Source of the DNA: Marsupella aquatica
Taxonomy: Eukaryota > Plantae > Marchantiophyta
Direction of reading: 5' to 3'
Assembly: GCA_973895155.1 (NCBI GenBank)
Contig: OZ316895.1
Location: forward strand, 17,092,170-17,156,169
Length of the DNA stretch: 64,000 nt
The first letter of the stretch is position 1; every line of letters begins with the position of its first letter. The position numbers were made by a program, and so were the translations under genes. The notes beneath the pieces were generated by a model. The model was not told where the DNA came from. It saw only the letters and a list, made by a program, of their open reading frames with translations, and did not search any database. Below are positions 26,139 to 39,862 of the stretch, piece by piece.

Positions 26139-27681
26139 AGAGTGTGTTAGCCTCCTCAATATAGAGAATTAGGATAGGATTATAGGCTTCTGCGCGGCTT
26201 GTATGGTGGTTGAAGTAAAGTTGGAGAATAGTCCGGCACTGCCTCCTAAATTTTGTCTATTCGAAAGAGTGAAATACGTGAGAGATCGCGGGTCCTAAGT
26301 CACCAGGCTGTTGGTGGCCTCGTTATGAAGGGTGGTCTGTTTAATGGGCCCTTCCCTTGTTTTGATAGTTGTCACCTCAAGTCTTGTGGAATCCGATGAC
26401 AAAATCTAGAGCATCTTGTCCCCTTTCCAAAAATTTAGAACTTAAGAGGAAGGACTCAACGATGTGGGAGTGGTCGGATGACACATTTGTGGCCTGGTTA
26501 TTGTTGTCGCAATTTTAAAGGAGGTTGGGACAAGTTCTACAATAACGAGGGGCAAATGCGTGAATCAAATAACTGGATTACATATCCGTCAAAGGATGTA
26601 CCAAACCACTGTCCTTCGATTGCCAATGTTTGGGTGATGAGATAATGGAATGTAATCTTGAAGAGATAGGTGATAACACTTGGGGCGAAACTTATGGGCA
26701 AGGTGGTGAAGATGTCCAGCAGGAAGGCCATCTCCACTTCCGCGCTTACCCTAAAGCCACAGACTTGAAGGTGGAAAAGCAACAAGAAACCATTTAGTCC
26801 GAGGAACCTTAGTTTCCAGATGTTTAATCGTGTTTAAGCTCAACGACTATTGGCCAATTCACCTTCTCTCCAGATAAATGTTTGGGCTCCACTATTTTTG
26901 ACCAATTCGCCTGAAGCTTGATAGTGATACCACAAGTATGCATTCCTACAGATATCTCAGGATGTAGCCAACGTCCAAGTATTTTCGTTATGCCAAAATC
27001 CTTCATCATGAAGACGGCTTTTCTGAAAGCAATCTCGCACACCATAATTGCAAATTGCATGGCGACGTTGAAAAGAGCCTCATATTTGTGTCGCCCATCA
27101 ATTCTTGAGCAAACGAACGATTACTCTTAAACTTTACTATGATACGGACTCAGCCAATTGCTTTTGATGGCACGCTCAGAATATTAAGCTACACGAGAAT
27201 CTACCAGTTCATCGTCAGTTACTGCAGTCCATTCTGTGTGCAAGAAGATGCAGTTGCTTCGATACGCTTAGCACATAAAATCCATGTCTTCGCGTGGAGC
27301 CTTATGGCATTCTTGATGAAGTGCTTTACAAACTGGTCTGGGGAGTCATTGGTGACAATAGTGAGACTTTACAACGCTCATGATAAAGAAAGCCCCCTCA
27401 GTCCTAAGTTCGAAACTATCCTCGAGAATGAGCAAGCTCTGAGGTCAGACCACAGTAGCCCTTCAGTCACAAACGTAAACGATCTCTTCTTAATAAGAAC
27501 TTCCACAATGTGATCCAAAATGAAACGCATGAGAAGCTAAGGAATTGTAGGAAAAAAACCTTCCTCACATGTATGAGATATAGCCTGGTATCCTGCGAGT
27601 GCTATAACAAACTCTGCGTTTCTCCGTCTACATGAGGGACGAGACCCCAAGCATTGCGCACCTTCAGAACTATGCACGAGG

Positions 27682-30171
27682 CTAATCCATTCGGCCCTTC
27701 AAAGTTTTAGTAACTATTTGATCCGGTGTCCTGAAACAGAAGGGAGCAGTCTTAGCACGGCATAGATTTCCTCTCGCAATTTAATTAAATAAGGAAAAAG
27801 AAAGTAACCCTGTGAGAGATCATAAACAGTACAGTTTGGACTGTGTACAACGGAGGAGTTAACTACGGAAACCAGACCTAGTCGATGATGAACAAACGCG
27901 CGAAAACAGTCGTAAACAAGATTCGGGGAAGATTCACTTACACAATGTGAACGATTCCACCCCAACCACTTATGCAGTCACGATCTACGGACGACAACAA
28001 GGCTTGCGAAATCACTTCGAAAAGCTCATCAGGTTCCTGCACAATATCAGAAAGAGCCAATCTCGTTAGATACAGCCCCGTGCCATTTACACTACGATTT
28101 AAAGTAAGATGTACTTTGGTGGTGGCAAAATTTACCATGTCCTGCTTGTACATAGACTCACAAGCCCCATATAAAGACTCAGATGCTGTACCAGAGACAA
28201 CAAAGTCATTTGACATTTGCCTGCAGACAACACAACCACGGACCGTCACCACACGGGACACGGATTCGCAAACACCTGACAAATCTTCAGATCAAGCCAG
28301 TACAATATCATGCAGGAGTGGCTCTACACAAATGAAAAGGAGAGATCCTACATGATCCATGTTGTTTTGATAATGCAGCCAACCCCAAACAAGATCCAGA
28401 CCAAAAAAATAGGCCAACAAAAATGAGGGTCTGATAAGGAAGACACATACTTGGCACCGATCAGATCCGTTGTGCAGATAAATGGCACCCCATCTTCGCT
28501 CAATCCAGCAATGATTGGTTCACAAAAGTATGGCCCAAACCTGTAAGTAGCATAAGGACGGTAATTGGTTAGGGCTAGGCTACTTAGTGCCCCCAATCTG
28601 CAACAGCGTGTACATCCAGCCGTGTCGAATCTCTTCACATATATGAAAGATGCATCGTTTACGGCAATTCCCACTAGTGATCGCAAATAGAAAGGGCCTG
28701 ATTCCATGATAAAGCGCGAAAATAGCTTTAATCATTCCCGATGAAAGGTTTCAACAGGACAATTGTACGACTTCACACTACCACCCGAAATGAAGTCCCC
28801 TCAACTAAATTCAACTACCTCGCTCAATCAGACTTTGAAGTCTTAATAATCACTTCAGAGGGGATAAAAAACACCTCTTCTCGTAAAGCATGGCTGACAC
28901 CAGGCTTGCAAAAGTCTCTGGTCGCATGTTTCGCTCCTCCCTCAACTGATACAACTTGTGGCGAAACTGTAATCTTTGTTGGCTGCACTTCCACACACAT
29001 GAATCTTAGGAACCCACAATTGGAAAAACAAAAGAGGAAACAAAAAGATAACTCCGCTCCCTGAAGGAGACAATCGTAGATCAGATTGAAAAGCATCCAA
29101 CCAACGATATGTACATATCAATTGGCTTCTCTTCTCCCTTCTAAGATTCTTTTTGGCTGTCAAGGACTGTGTAAGATACAAAATACCCGTCCAGACCTAG
29201 TTTTGAAGCAACTGACACGATTGTCGACACGATGAAAGGCATTGGCCCGGTTGTCTATAAATGCCTTCTGCCACTTCGTTATGATCTCTTAGTGAAAGTT
29301 AAACAAAAATAGGTTATGTCAGAAACTTGCAGCTACTGACAGTCAATGAACATATATTGTTCCAAGCTAGTACCATCTACTCAAATTCATTGACAAATCT
29401 TACCCCAAAAGCCCGCAAGGGTACTACTTATCCAACAGAAATGGTTTGAGAGCCCAGCTTCAATTAGGGTGTCAACAACTTACAGAGTCTTTACATCGGT
29501 ACCGAGGCCCGACAAACCGATATACAACTTATCGTGGATCCTAAAAATACGTTGATAATCAGTTGCAATGGTCTGGAATTGCACTCCTAATCGTCGATCA
29601 CTAGCAATCGCAAAACAATTTTTCCCCAGCATCGCAACCAGTGCACTTCCATTGTACGTAGTGATCTGACACACAAGTCGCAAAACCCAGGGCATGAGCC
29701 GCTACAATTCAACCCGTTAAACCGCAACGACCGGAAGAGAGAGTTATTTCACGCACCGGGTCGTTGCCGTTGGTCAGAAAATCATCTATAGAGCAATAAG
29801 TCCTGGAGTTCTACAAGCTAGAAATGTACCACAACATTCCCTGCAGATGAGTGCCCTATCAAAAGCAGTGTGCCACAAAGTCCGAGGGACGAGAAGCTCA
29901 TCACAATTTCAATTATGGTCCTTAAGAGGGGAAATTTTGAAACCCTAGATGCAACAAGCTTCATGCAGTGGGAGAGCAGCTACTCCGCCCCATAAACCCA
30001 CGGAGCACTCCGCACAGGATTCATCTTACTACGTACTCGTAGCACGAAAGCTGCTCAGTAGCGGAGCACTCGGAAACGGCTGAAATGAATCATCTAAGCA
30101 GAACTCGATCAATCTTGTTTCGGAGTACGCCACAATGGAGAAGGAGTGGAGAGAAAACTACTCACCGACAT
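27682..30171 (-). CDS. PBC1: 20S proteasome subunit beta type-3, 204 aa
   Basis: Exons 30171-30166 (ATG TCG), 29665-29484, 28982-28875, 28540-28451, 28220-28136, 28036-27942, 27730-27682 total 615 nt: [31 protein letters not shown]...LYEKRFGPYFCEP...VDRDCISGWGG...TLKGRMD. Confidence 0.97.
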
Positions 30172-30429
30172 GGTCGTCGCTGTGCGGTGATGTCAACGAG
30201 AAAGAAAGAAGCAAATGCAATCGATCGCCGCTCCGGTGGAATCAGAAACACTGACTTGCAGAAAGCTCTCGGAAGGAAATAGTTGGGATTCGAGGAGGAG
30301 AAGCGAGAGCTTTAGAGCAACGTGAGACCGAAGAACACGCATCGGCTGTACAAGACAGCAGAATGCAGAAAGTGGATCTTTACAAAGGAACTCCGACAAA
30401 TGTTACGCTACACGAAAAGTTTGACTATG

Positions 30430-30945
30430 CCCCAAGCAAACGTTGTTGAGGGTACACCCCCAAGCAAGTCTTGTTGAGGGGTGCACCCCCAAGCAAGTCT
30501 TGTTGAGGGGTACACTCCCAAGCAAGTCTTGCTGAGGGTCCACCCACAAACATACTTCGCACCCCTGGGAGAATATTGTTGAATGACCACTGGCCATATA
30601 AAAGGGAGCAGTGTCTTCTCCTCCAAGTCCTGTTGAGGGGTACACCCCCAAGCAAACATCGTTGAGGGTGCACCCCCAAGCAAGTGTTGCTGAGGGTCCA
30701 CCCCCAAACTTACTTCGCACCCCTGGGAGAATATTGTTGAACCACCACTGGCCATGTAAAAGGGAGCAGTGTCTTCTCCTCTACTGTGAGAATTTGCTCC
30801 ACAATTGCAGTAAAAAGTACTAAAAATGGTGTGAAATGTGTCTAACCCATGTCTTGGCTAGTGGCTCTTTGAGGTGCACCCCGAGCAAATCTTGTTGAGA
30901 GTGCACCCTGTAAAAAACATTGTTGAGTATGCACCCCAAGCAAAG
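30430..30945. repeat. ~30-bp minisatellite with a nested ~158-bp duplication, upstream of the PBC gene
   Basis: Unit CCCAAGCAA.TC.TGTTGAGGG(G)T(A/G)CACCC, about 9 copies; an interrupting block CTTCGCACCCCTGGGAGAATATTG...GTGTCTTCTCCTC occurs at about 30555 and 30713. Confidence 0.9.
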
Positions 30946-31872
30946 TAACTGTTAGGCATTTATTCTGAGGTCTAGATTTAGGATTGTAGCCATAGTTTGA
31001 TTAACCATAGTCATGGACTTGATTAGCTAGCCATGTTACATCCTATATCTCTAAGGAGTGGAGGAGGACCTCAGACTCATTGCTACAGAGCAACTTGAGA
31101 GATAGGGAGTGTTTGTATTAATAGGGGAGAAACCTTGTTTATATTATAATCTATAAACTTTCTATAAGTATTTGGGTGCCAAGCAATATGCTTGGGGGTA
31201 TACCCTGAAGAAAGCTTGTATATTATAGGGAGAGATAGCAAGAGCATAGTTATTGTCGGGTTATTCGGGCGCAAAGAAGTTGAGGTTTTTCTTTCTTGGG
31301 TTAGAACTAGCATAATTTTTTAGGTTTTTGATTATATGCAGGGGTGGTGAATGTCACCTGGTGTGAAGGATAAGATGCTGATATGAGTCCTTATTGAATT
31401 TTCTTAGATTCATTTCTCACTCTTACATTTTCCTGGATTTAAGGATAAAGTCAAATCTGGCTATTGGGGTCTGTGGCTAGGTGGGAAATTGGTTGATAGA
31501 CTAAATACCTAGAAAACTTTTGCCACAAAGGAAACTCTCCTTAATATGATGGATTAGAGAAATGTGTTTTGATTGGGTTTTGACATTTAGTACATTGTCA
31601 TCTGACATTTAGTACATTGTCACACTTTGTCCAGATATATACTTTTCCACTCTGTTTAGTTTAATCATTACTTTATCATCTTTTTCCAGTGTTACCCTTT
31701 AGTTAATCTGAAACAACTAAAGGGTTACCAAAAATGGTCATCCATCTCCTCTATCCTAAATGCAACACCCTTTCAAGCCCTCGACATTGGGTTGGGTCTC
31801 TTACTTTGCTCCTGCCCAAAACTACTCTGCCAGTGCCATGTTGGCTGCCCCACTCCCCTGCCCCCCTTCCCC

Positions 31873-32218
31873 TGTTGAGCATAGACGACATTCGCAACGG
31901 CAAGTCCATGAACCATCCAATGCTTAATAGTTGACACAGAAAGTTACGTGGTTCACCTCCACATGAGGCTATGTCCACGGGAACACACGAGAGCTTTACT
32001 GCACTCTAGGCCGACCGACCATACCAAGCATCCACAGCACAAGCTCTCCCTATCTCTCAACTAGTTCCGTAACAATGAGCCTAAGTTCCACTAGGGTCTG
32101 GCATCAACCCTGGCTTAATATGCACAACAACACTACCGCTAACATTAGCTAAGTCCTAACCCGAGTTAGACTAACTGTGGTTAGCTCATTTGTCACAAGA
32201 CTAGAGCAATATTTAATA
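31873..32218 (-). repeat. 3' LTR of the copia element
   Basis: Matches 37147-37490 with 22 substitutions and one 2-bp indel by my count; adjacent PPT (TCAAGGGGGAGTT on the minus strand) at 32219-32231. Confidence 0.95.
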
Positions 32219-35200
32219 AACTCCCCCTTGACTCTTGTCTTGGGGACTGGACTAAATGTTACCATACGGAATCCTCAGCCGGAAGTTCTAGACAATCACC
32301 AAACCACGTCTCCCCCTAAAAACCACAAAGGTTAACTAAAACTAAGCCGTAGCCAAACAGGAATGAGTATTCCATATACAAATAGTCACACACTGCTAAA
32401 TAACTCTACTTGCACTATAACTGCAAAACCTGCAAAGTAGCACGGTGTCTTGAGAAACTCTCCAAAGGAATCATTTTGGTAAAGGCATCAGCGCGATTGA
32501 GCTTTCCATCAATCTTGACTAACTCAAAATTTTTATCAGACACTGTTTGCCTGATAAAATGGTACTTGATATCAATGTGCTTCACCCTGCTATCCATCAC
32601 CTGGTTAGCAGCCAAGTGAAGAGCACTCTGACTATCACAGTTTAGAGTCATTTTGCCATGCTCTAAACCCATCTCCGCTATCAACTTATCCAACCAAATT
32701 GCTTCCTTTCCTGCTTCTGCTGCTACAACATACTCTACTTCTGTAGTAGACTGAAATATACACTTTTGCAAGGTAGATTTCCAACTGATACATCATCCTT
32801 CAAGAGTAAATACAAACTCAATTGTAGACCTCCTTGTATCCAGACAACCTCCATAGTCAGAATCTACATAGCCAACCAATGTTCTATCGGATCTGTTATC
32901 AAATAGTAATCCATAGTCTTGTGTTCCCTTCACATACCTGAGAATCCATTTCACAGCTTCCCAATATACCTTTCCTGGATTTGATATGAATCTGCTAACC
33001 TTGCCCATCGCTAGGGCCAAGTCAGGCCTAGTACAAGTCATCAAATACATCAGACTACCTACTGCCTTCTCATAAGGAATCTTAGCCATCAGACCTTTCT
33101 CCACAGCATCCGTAGGAGAGAAAGCCGATAATAAATTGAAATGTGAAGCTAAAGGAATACTCACTGGCTTACAATTTTCCATGTTAAATCGTGCAAGTAC
33201 TTTCCTCGCATGCTGGCCTTGACTCAAGCACAACTGTCTGGTATCAGAGTTCCTAAAACTCTCCATCCCTAAGATCCTCTTGGCCTTACCAAGATCCTTC
33301 ATCCTGAATTCAACACTCAATTTTGCCTTGAGACTGTCAACCTCAGATTGATCTTTAGCCACAATCAGCATCATTCACATAGATCGCCAGAATAATGAAA
33401 CCAAGTACATCATTCTTGACTGATTTTGTATACACACAAGGATCATACACCATTCTTGTAAAACCTTGAGCAAGCATGAAATCATCAAACCGCTTGTTCC
33501 ACTGTCTGGGAGACTGCTTCAATCAATACATGGACTTGAGCAATCTGCAAACTAAGTTCTCTTGGCCCTTCTTCATAAAGCCTAGTGGCTGTCTCATGAA
33601 GATCATCTCTTCCAAGTTGCCATAGAGAAAAGCAGTAACAACATCCATCTGATCCATCACTAGACCAAAAAACACAACAAGTTGACACAAGATCCGAATT
33701 ATGGAATACTTAGCCACCGGTGAAAAAACCTCATTGTAATCCACTTTTTTCTCCTAGTGAATCCTTTGGCAACAAGCCTTGCCTTGTAGATCTTATCTCC
33801 ACCCTCTGAAGGACTGTCTTTCAACTTGTAAATTATCCACTTGTTGTCCACCACTTGCTGACCTCTTGGAAGCTCCACCAGCTCCCATGTCTTGATGTCA
33901 CTCAAAGATTCCAACTCCCTCTGCATTGTTGCATTCCACTCATGCTTCTGCTTTGAAGCACAAGCCTCATTGTACGAAGAAGGCTCTCATTCTTCCAAGA
34001 TCAAAGCCATATCATCTTCATTAGGTGCAATGTCAATATCATCTAGCTTAGATGAGTGTGCCCATTGACCATATCTGGTAGGAGCTCTAGTAGAACGACT
34101 GGAAGTTCTTCTAGTAGATGACTCAGGCTGATCTGCTGTTGCTAGTTGAATTTGAGGTACCCGAGTAACAATCTGCTCCTCTTGTTCCATCATAGGAACC
34201 AGCTCCAAACCCGAAGCTTCTCCATCTCTCGTGTCATGAACAGCGTCATGACTAATCTCCCCCTCAACCCGGTCCGGGATGGGAGATTTTCCCTTGTCAG
34301 TATGGGAGTCCTGAGAACTCTCCCCTTCCTTTGATGATCTGGATTCATTAAAGGACACATCTCTACTGACAATTAGTTTACAGGTTACTGGATCCCATAA
34401 CCTATAACCATTCACACCTTTCTGATAACCAAGGAAAATGCACTTCTTCGACTTGGACTCCAACTTGGATCGAAGATGTGAAGGTGCAAGCACATAAGCA
34501 TCACATCCAAAAATCCTCAGATGTGAATAATCTGTTGGACGCCCGTAGCTCATTTCAAATGGCGTCTTGAATCCAATAGAACTGGATGGAGAAAAATTTA
34601 CCAAATAAGTTGCAGTGTTGACAGTTTCAGCCCAAAACTCATGTGGTAAGCATGATTGACTCAACATACTCCTCGAGCGGTCCAATAGTGTTTGGTTGAG
34701 TCTCTCAGAAATACCATTCTGTTGAGGAGTATAACTTGTTGTGAGATGGTGGGTAATCCCCTACTCCTTACAATACATTCCAAATTCCCCGGAACTGTAT
34801 TCACCGCCGTTATCCGATCAAAGATATCTCTCCTTATTACCAGTCTGATTCTCAACTTGGGCTTTTCACTCCTTAAAAGTGGCAAAAACATCAGACTTAC
34901 TGTGTAGAAAGTATATCCACACATACCTTGAGTAATCGTCTATGAACGTGACATAGTATAACCGTCCAGAATGTGAGGGAGTAGGGGTTGGACCCCACAC
35001 ATCACTATGTACATACTCAAGTACCTCCTTGCTGGTGTGAGTTCCAACTCCGAAGGGTTTCCTGTGCTGCTTCCCAAGCACACAGTGCCCACAAAATTCC
35101 AACTTACAAGATTGCAAATTAGAAAGTAATATTTTCTTCTGAAGAATAGCCAAACCTTTTTCACTCATGTGGCCCAAACGGAAGTGCCACAGTCGGGTCG

Positions 35201-37132
35201 TCTCCTCATGAGATAAGGTTACATTGGCTTCATCACAGACTACACTGTCGGGCTCCAAAACGTATAGATTTTTATGTCTCTTTCCCTTCAATACAACTTT
35301 AGTACCAGTTGAAACCTGAAGGACATCATTAGCAGAACTCCACTGATGGCCATTTGCTTCTAAAACTCCAAGTGAAATGAGATTTTTCATCATGCTGGGA
35401 ATATGTCTCACATTCCTCAACGTTCTCACAGCACCATCAAACATCTAAAATCTAACAAATCCAAGTCCAACTACTTGACATGGGATTCCATTTCCCATCA
35501 ACACTGACCCGTTGGAAACCGTGTAAGAACTGGAAAACCCTCTCCTAGAGCAAATGTGAAAAGTATATAATGCACTATCTAGAATCCAATTATCATTACC
35601 TGGATTTGACACTACGTTGAGAGCATAACCTTGGCATCATAATATGTCATCATCATCGAGCAAATCTACCTCATGCAAGCTTGATGTCGCATTTGCTGAT
35701 GCAGTATGGACCTTTACTCGATAATCCTTTTTCATGTGGCCAGACTTGCCACAATTCCAACATGCAAGAGGCTTTCTCTCTTGCGATTTACCTCTGGATT
35801 TAGATCTTTCCTATGATGTGAATCTAAACCTGTTCTGCCTATTCATGCGCTGCGCTGCTCTTCCGCGATTGACGTTCAACACAGTGCCAGAAGAAGATGT
35901 TGTCTGTGATTGACCTAGTTTCTTCTGAGCATCATCAGACAGTAAAGAGCTCACCACCTTATTATACAAAATGGACTTCAGATCTCTATACAAGAGCACC
36001 TGTTTCAAACCCTAATATGACAGCGGTAAGGAGTTTAATTAGTAGGAGCAAGGCCTTATCCTCATCTTCAACTCCTTTTCCCATATTTGACAGATCCATT
36101 GCTAGACTGTCAAACTCATCTAGGTGATCCTACAGCTTGCTCCCTTCCTTGAGCCCGAGGCTCATCAACAGAGACTTCTTGTACAGCCGGTCTGACGCAT
36201 CTTCCTGGTAGTACTTCTCTCTTAGAGCCTTGAACAGTGACGCGCAATCCGCATAATCATCCAACTTCTTGATGATGTGTGGCTTGAGATAAAGCATCAT
36301 TGCATTGACAGCAATCACCTGCTCCTGTCTCCGTTGCGGGGGGAAAATGTATGCGGGGAGGGGGAGGGCCGGTACGAGGTGTGAACACCTTGTATAAAGC
36401 AAAAAGGGGCCCAATAAACCCCCTTAAAGGCAAAAAACTCCCCCAGGATTAAAGAATGAACAACTCACCTTAAAAAGTTGTTTTTTGACACGAAGAAAGT
36501 GAACGCCGTCGATGGAAAAAGTTGTGAAATTGCATTGGCACAGTCTGCAGCCCCAGCTTAGTAAAAAAAATTCCGCTGCGTCATCTTCACTCCGCATCAA
36601 GTGCCAATCCTGACTCAAAATGACCGCCTCGCCGCGATCAAACCGTTGAGCCGTGGCACTTCGTGTTTCTTCCACCGAGTCAGACGTCACAAAGAGAAAC
36701 TTGATTCAGATGAGAACAAGCTCCATAGCTTGTGAAAAAACTTGAACGCCTCCTTCACTCGTCACGATGCACTCGGTAACAATTTGGCAGCAATCCAGCT
36801 ACCAAAATGACCAGCTCGCTTCAACCTTCAACTTGAGCTATAATGTGCGATCCTTCCCGCACCGCACAGCTCACACCGTTGAAAAACAAGAACTCTGGTC
36901 TCTCCCCCGAAAAAACCGTCGAGCATGAATAAACCCTGAACAATGCAAACTTCAATTCCTCCGCACCACGGATACTGATCAGCGAGTTCTATCCACCGTT
37001 AGAAAGTCCTCTCACTAACCTATCCGCTCAGCCACACACATTCAAGTTTCATGCTATGAAACTCCGAATGTACCATCGACAATGAACGCTGGAAAAACCT
37101 GACACGAAAAAACCTTGTCACCTCCCAGGCAT

Positions 37133-37144
37133 GCTCTGATACCA
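37133..37144 (-). other. Primer-binding site (tRNA-iMet)
   Basis: TGGTATCAGAGC on the minus strand, 2 nt from the 5' LTR. Confidence 0.93.
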
Positions 37145-37146
37145 CT

Positions 37147-37490
37147 TGTTGAGCATAGACGACATTTGCAATGGCAAGCCCATGAACCATCCAACGCTTA
37201 ATAGTCGACACAGAAAGATACGTGGTTCACCTCCACATGAGGCTACGTCCACGGGAACACACAAGATTTACCGCACTCTAGGCCGACCGGCCATACCAAG
37301 CATCCACAGCACAAGCTCTCCCTATCTCTCAACTAGCTCCGTAACAATGAGCCTAAGTTCCACCAGGGTCTGGCATCAGCCCTGGCGTAATATGCACGAC
37401 AACACTACCGCTTACATTAGCTAAGTCCTAATCCGAGTTAGACTAACTGTGGTTAGCTCATGAATCACAAGACTAGAGCAATATCTAACA
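37147..37490 (-). repeat. 5' LTR of the copia element
   Basis: TG...CA termini (TGTTGAG...CTAACA), 344 bp. Confidence 0.95.
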
Positions 37491-38213
37491 TCCTCCCCCC
37501 CTAGTTGAGGGTGAGTGAGGGTAGTGAGGTTATATTGAGGACAGTAGCAATTGTCGTCAATATAAGGATGATGACCATTAGATTATTGCAAAAGGTAGTA
37601 TTGTAGTAAGTAAACTAAAATGAGTGGCAACATAGTAATCTTAGGTTATTGGCTTAGCAATATATTTGAGCAGGCGGTTCCAACCATGAAGTACAATAAG
37701 CAATCACTTAAACCGCCACTATCCCTGAGGGTGAGGGTGGCTTTGAGAGTGGCTTTACAAGACCTTGAGGCAAATTGAGTGTTTTTTTTCCAAACCTGAT
37801 CTGACAGCCATTAATATCCTAACGATAATGTACAGATGCTAAAGGAGGGTTTGGAATCTGGGACAAAATTGTGCTCCCCATAAGCAAAATTTGGGCCCCA
37901 CCCCTTCCATGTAGGATAGGCAACACTTTAGAAGGAAATGATGCTTTGTAAAGGGAACAACTTCATCCCAATGGATGGCTCTGATCACTCTTGGAGACAA
38001 CAACAAGAAAATGGGAAATGTCCCCAACCTCTAACTTGTGAAAAGCCTCTCTGGAGCAAAACCTGGTGGAAACAGGTCATTATCAGAAATACTCTTACAA
38101 AAGGGAAAAGTGGGCAAAAAGCAACAATGTTGTCTTCCCACAGCTTAGGGGACAGAGGGGGCTTCATTAGGCTAGGCTACCTGAAAGTATAGAGGACCAG
38201 TCAAATATGCACT

Positions 38214-38348
38214 CCAAATATAGATCCAATTTTCAGAGGAAACCCAGGAATACATACATGTAAAATATGTGTGAATCAAATATAGGCCCGAATATAGGTC
38301 CAATTTTTAGAGGAACCCAGGAATATATGCATGTAAAATATGTGTGAA
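38214..38348. repeat. Tandem duplication, 2 x ~65 bp
   Basis: AATATAG.TCCAATTTT.AGAGGAA(A)CCCAGGAATA.AT.CATGTAAAATATGTGTGAA occurs twice. Confidence 0.85.
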
Positions 38349-39862
38349 ATATATATATCCTTAAAGAGGGCGTCCAGTTAGGGCAGGTGATGAGGATCTG
38401 GTAGGAAACCATTTTAGTTTGGAGCCAAACCTGGTCCATAGCTGAATTTGCCAGCACAATCTTGGTTGGGATCCAAACCTTCTACACAGCACTAATAAAT
38501 GGAGAAGGTGGGACATACAGGATGGCCCAGATTGCTCCATACCACCAAAACATACCCACTTTGTTAAGTAACCCAGTATCCAATTGGTTGAAGTAACTAT
38601 TCGTGATGCAAAAGCAAATTGTGGCATAAAATAGCAACAAGCAAACAACCCATTCAGGAACGGACCCATGTTTGGCTAATGTTAGGAGTGGACCCTTGCT
38701 CGGTTAATGCTAGTAGTGTGCTCAAGCTTTGCTAGTTTTACTTGAGAACCCATGCTCAACTAATTTTACTGGTGAATCCATGCTTGGCTAATTTTACTGA
38801 TGGACCCATATTTGCTTAATGACTAAAATGCTTGGGTGTATTTCTGAAGGGACCTTGTGTTTGCCTAATTTTAGCATTGGGCTCGTGCTTGACTACTTCT
38901 AGCATCTGCTTTATTGCTTGGCTGATTTTAAACGAGAATTAATCCGTGGACCCCCATTTTATTTTAGAGGCAGTTATCTAGAAACTGAAGCCTAGATGGA
39001 CCTCCAAATCTAGAGAAAAAAATTCAAAAATGGACAAGTCAATGTTTGACACTTGAAACAATTGTCAAACTTACCAAGACAACCATAATTAACATCAATC
39101 ACAAAACAAGCTGCAATGTGAACTACTGTTTAATGTGTGGATAGTTTAATTGCCCACTTCAGCAAAACGGTGTTTGACGGTTTCCTCCACGTTATCGAAG
39201 GGATGTTGGATGCATTTAGGTTGCATCGAAAGTAATCACTTTTCAATTCCTACATGCATATAGACAAAGAGAGAGAAGTCATTGGTGTCATCAAATCACT
39301 AACGTTGCATAATTGTTTGACAAAAAGTTTCATGGAAACAAATTTCCAATTGTGGAATTCAGAATGGATCAAAAGCTAGAGAAATTTAGAATTTCATGAC
39401 CACTTTAGTACTTGATAAAATCTCCCAATGTGACACTCATTGGAAAGCTAGAGAACATTGGAAACTTATAATCTCCTAAGAACTCAACTAAATCTATGAA
39501 TGTTAAGTTCATTAAACAACTAAAGAAATTCTAAAATTCATAATCTCCTTACTACTCAATAAAATCTATCAATTTTAGGTTCATTCTCATGGAAGGGGTC
39601 AACATTTCAGGGGTTGTACAACAAAAATTTCTATTCACATTAGAGATTACAAAATCACAGGTAAAATCTATTTTTCAAAATATTTACTCAATTCTTATCT
39701 AATGGTGACAATTCTGAGCTCATCACGACCATTTCTTCAAGATCTTTCCAACGCCATATTATACGTGAGTTTTCATTATGAGTTGACTCAACAATGTCAA
39801 ATCAAAAATTGTTATTAGGAAAATTTTATGTTTTGAATAAAATCAAATGGAAATAAAATAGC

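Larger units (their letters stand above)
31873..37490 (-). mobile_element. Ty1/copia LTR retrotransposon with both LTRs, coding region decayed
   Basis: Two ~345-bp LTRs, tRNA-iMet PBS, PPT and a near-TSD (TCCCC / TCCTC). Minus-strand domain order is gag, Zn knuckle (CWNCGKSGH), protease (WILDS), integrase (WHFRLGH, VHSDVWGP, FIDDYSR), RT (KARLVAKGF, QMDVVTAFL), RNase H (GYVDSDY, CDSQSA, KHIDIKYHF), i.e. the copia order. Multiple stops and frameshifts; YVDD reads YVND with a frameshift near 33370. Confidence 0.97.

Noticed and set aside
30166-30171. 6-nt first coding exon of PBC as a novelty
   Set aside because: Real, but a very short first coding exon is, to my knowledge, ordinary for this gene family.
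30430-30945. CRISPR array (also considered for 6855-7550, 21270-21840 and 53170-53470)
   Set aside because: No unique spacers, units are contiguous and degenerate, no cas genes, and the context is eukaryotic.
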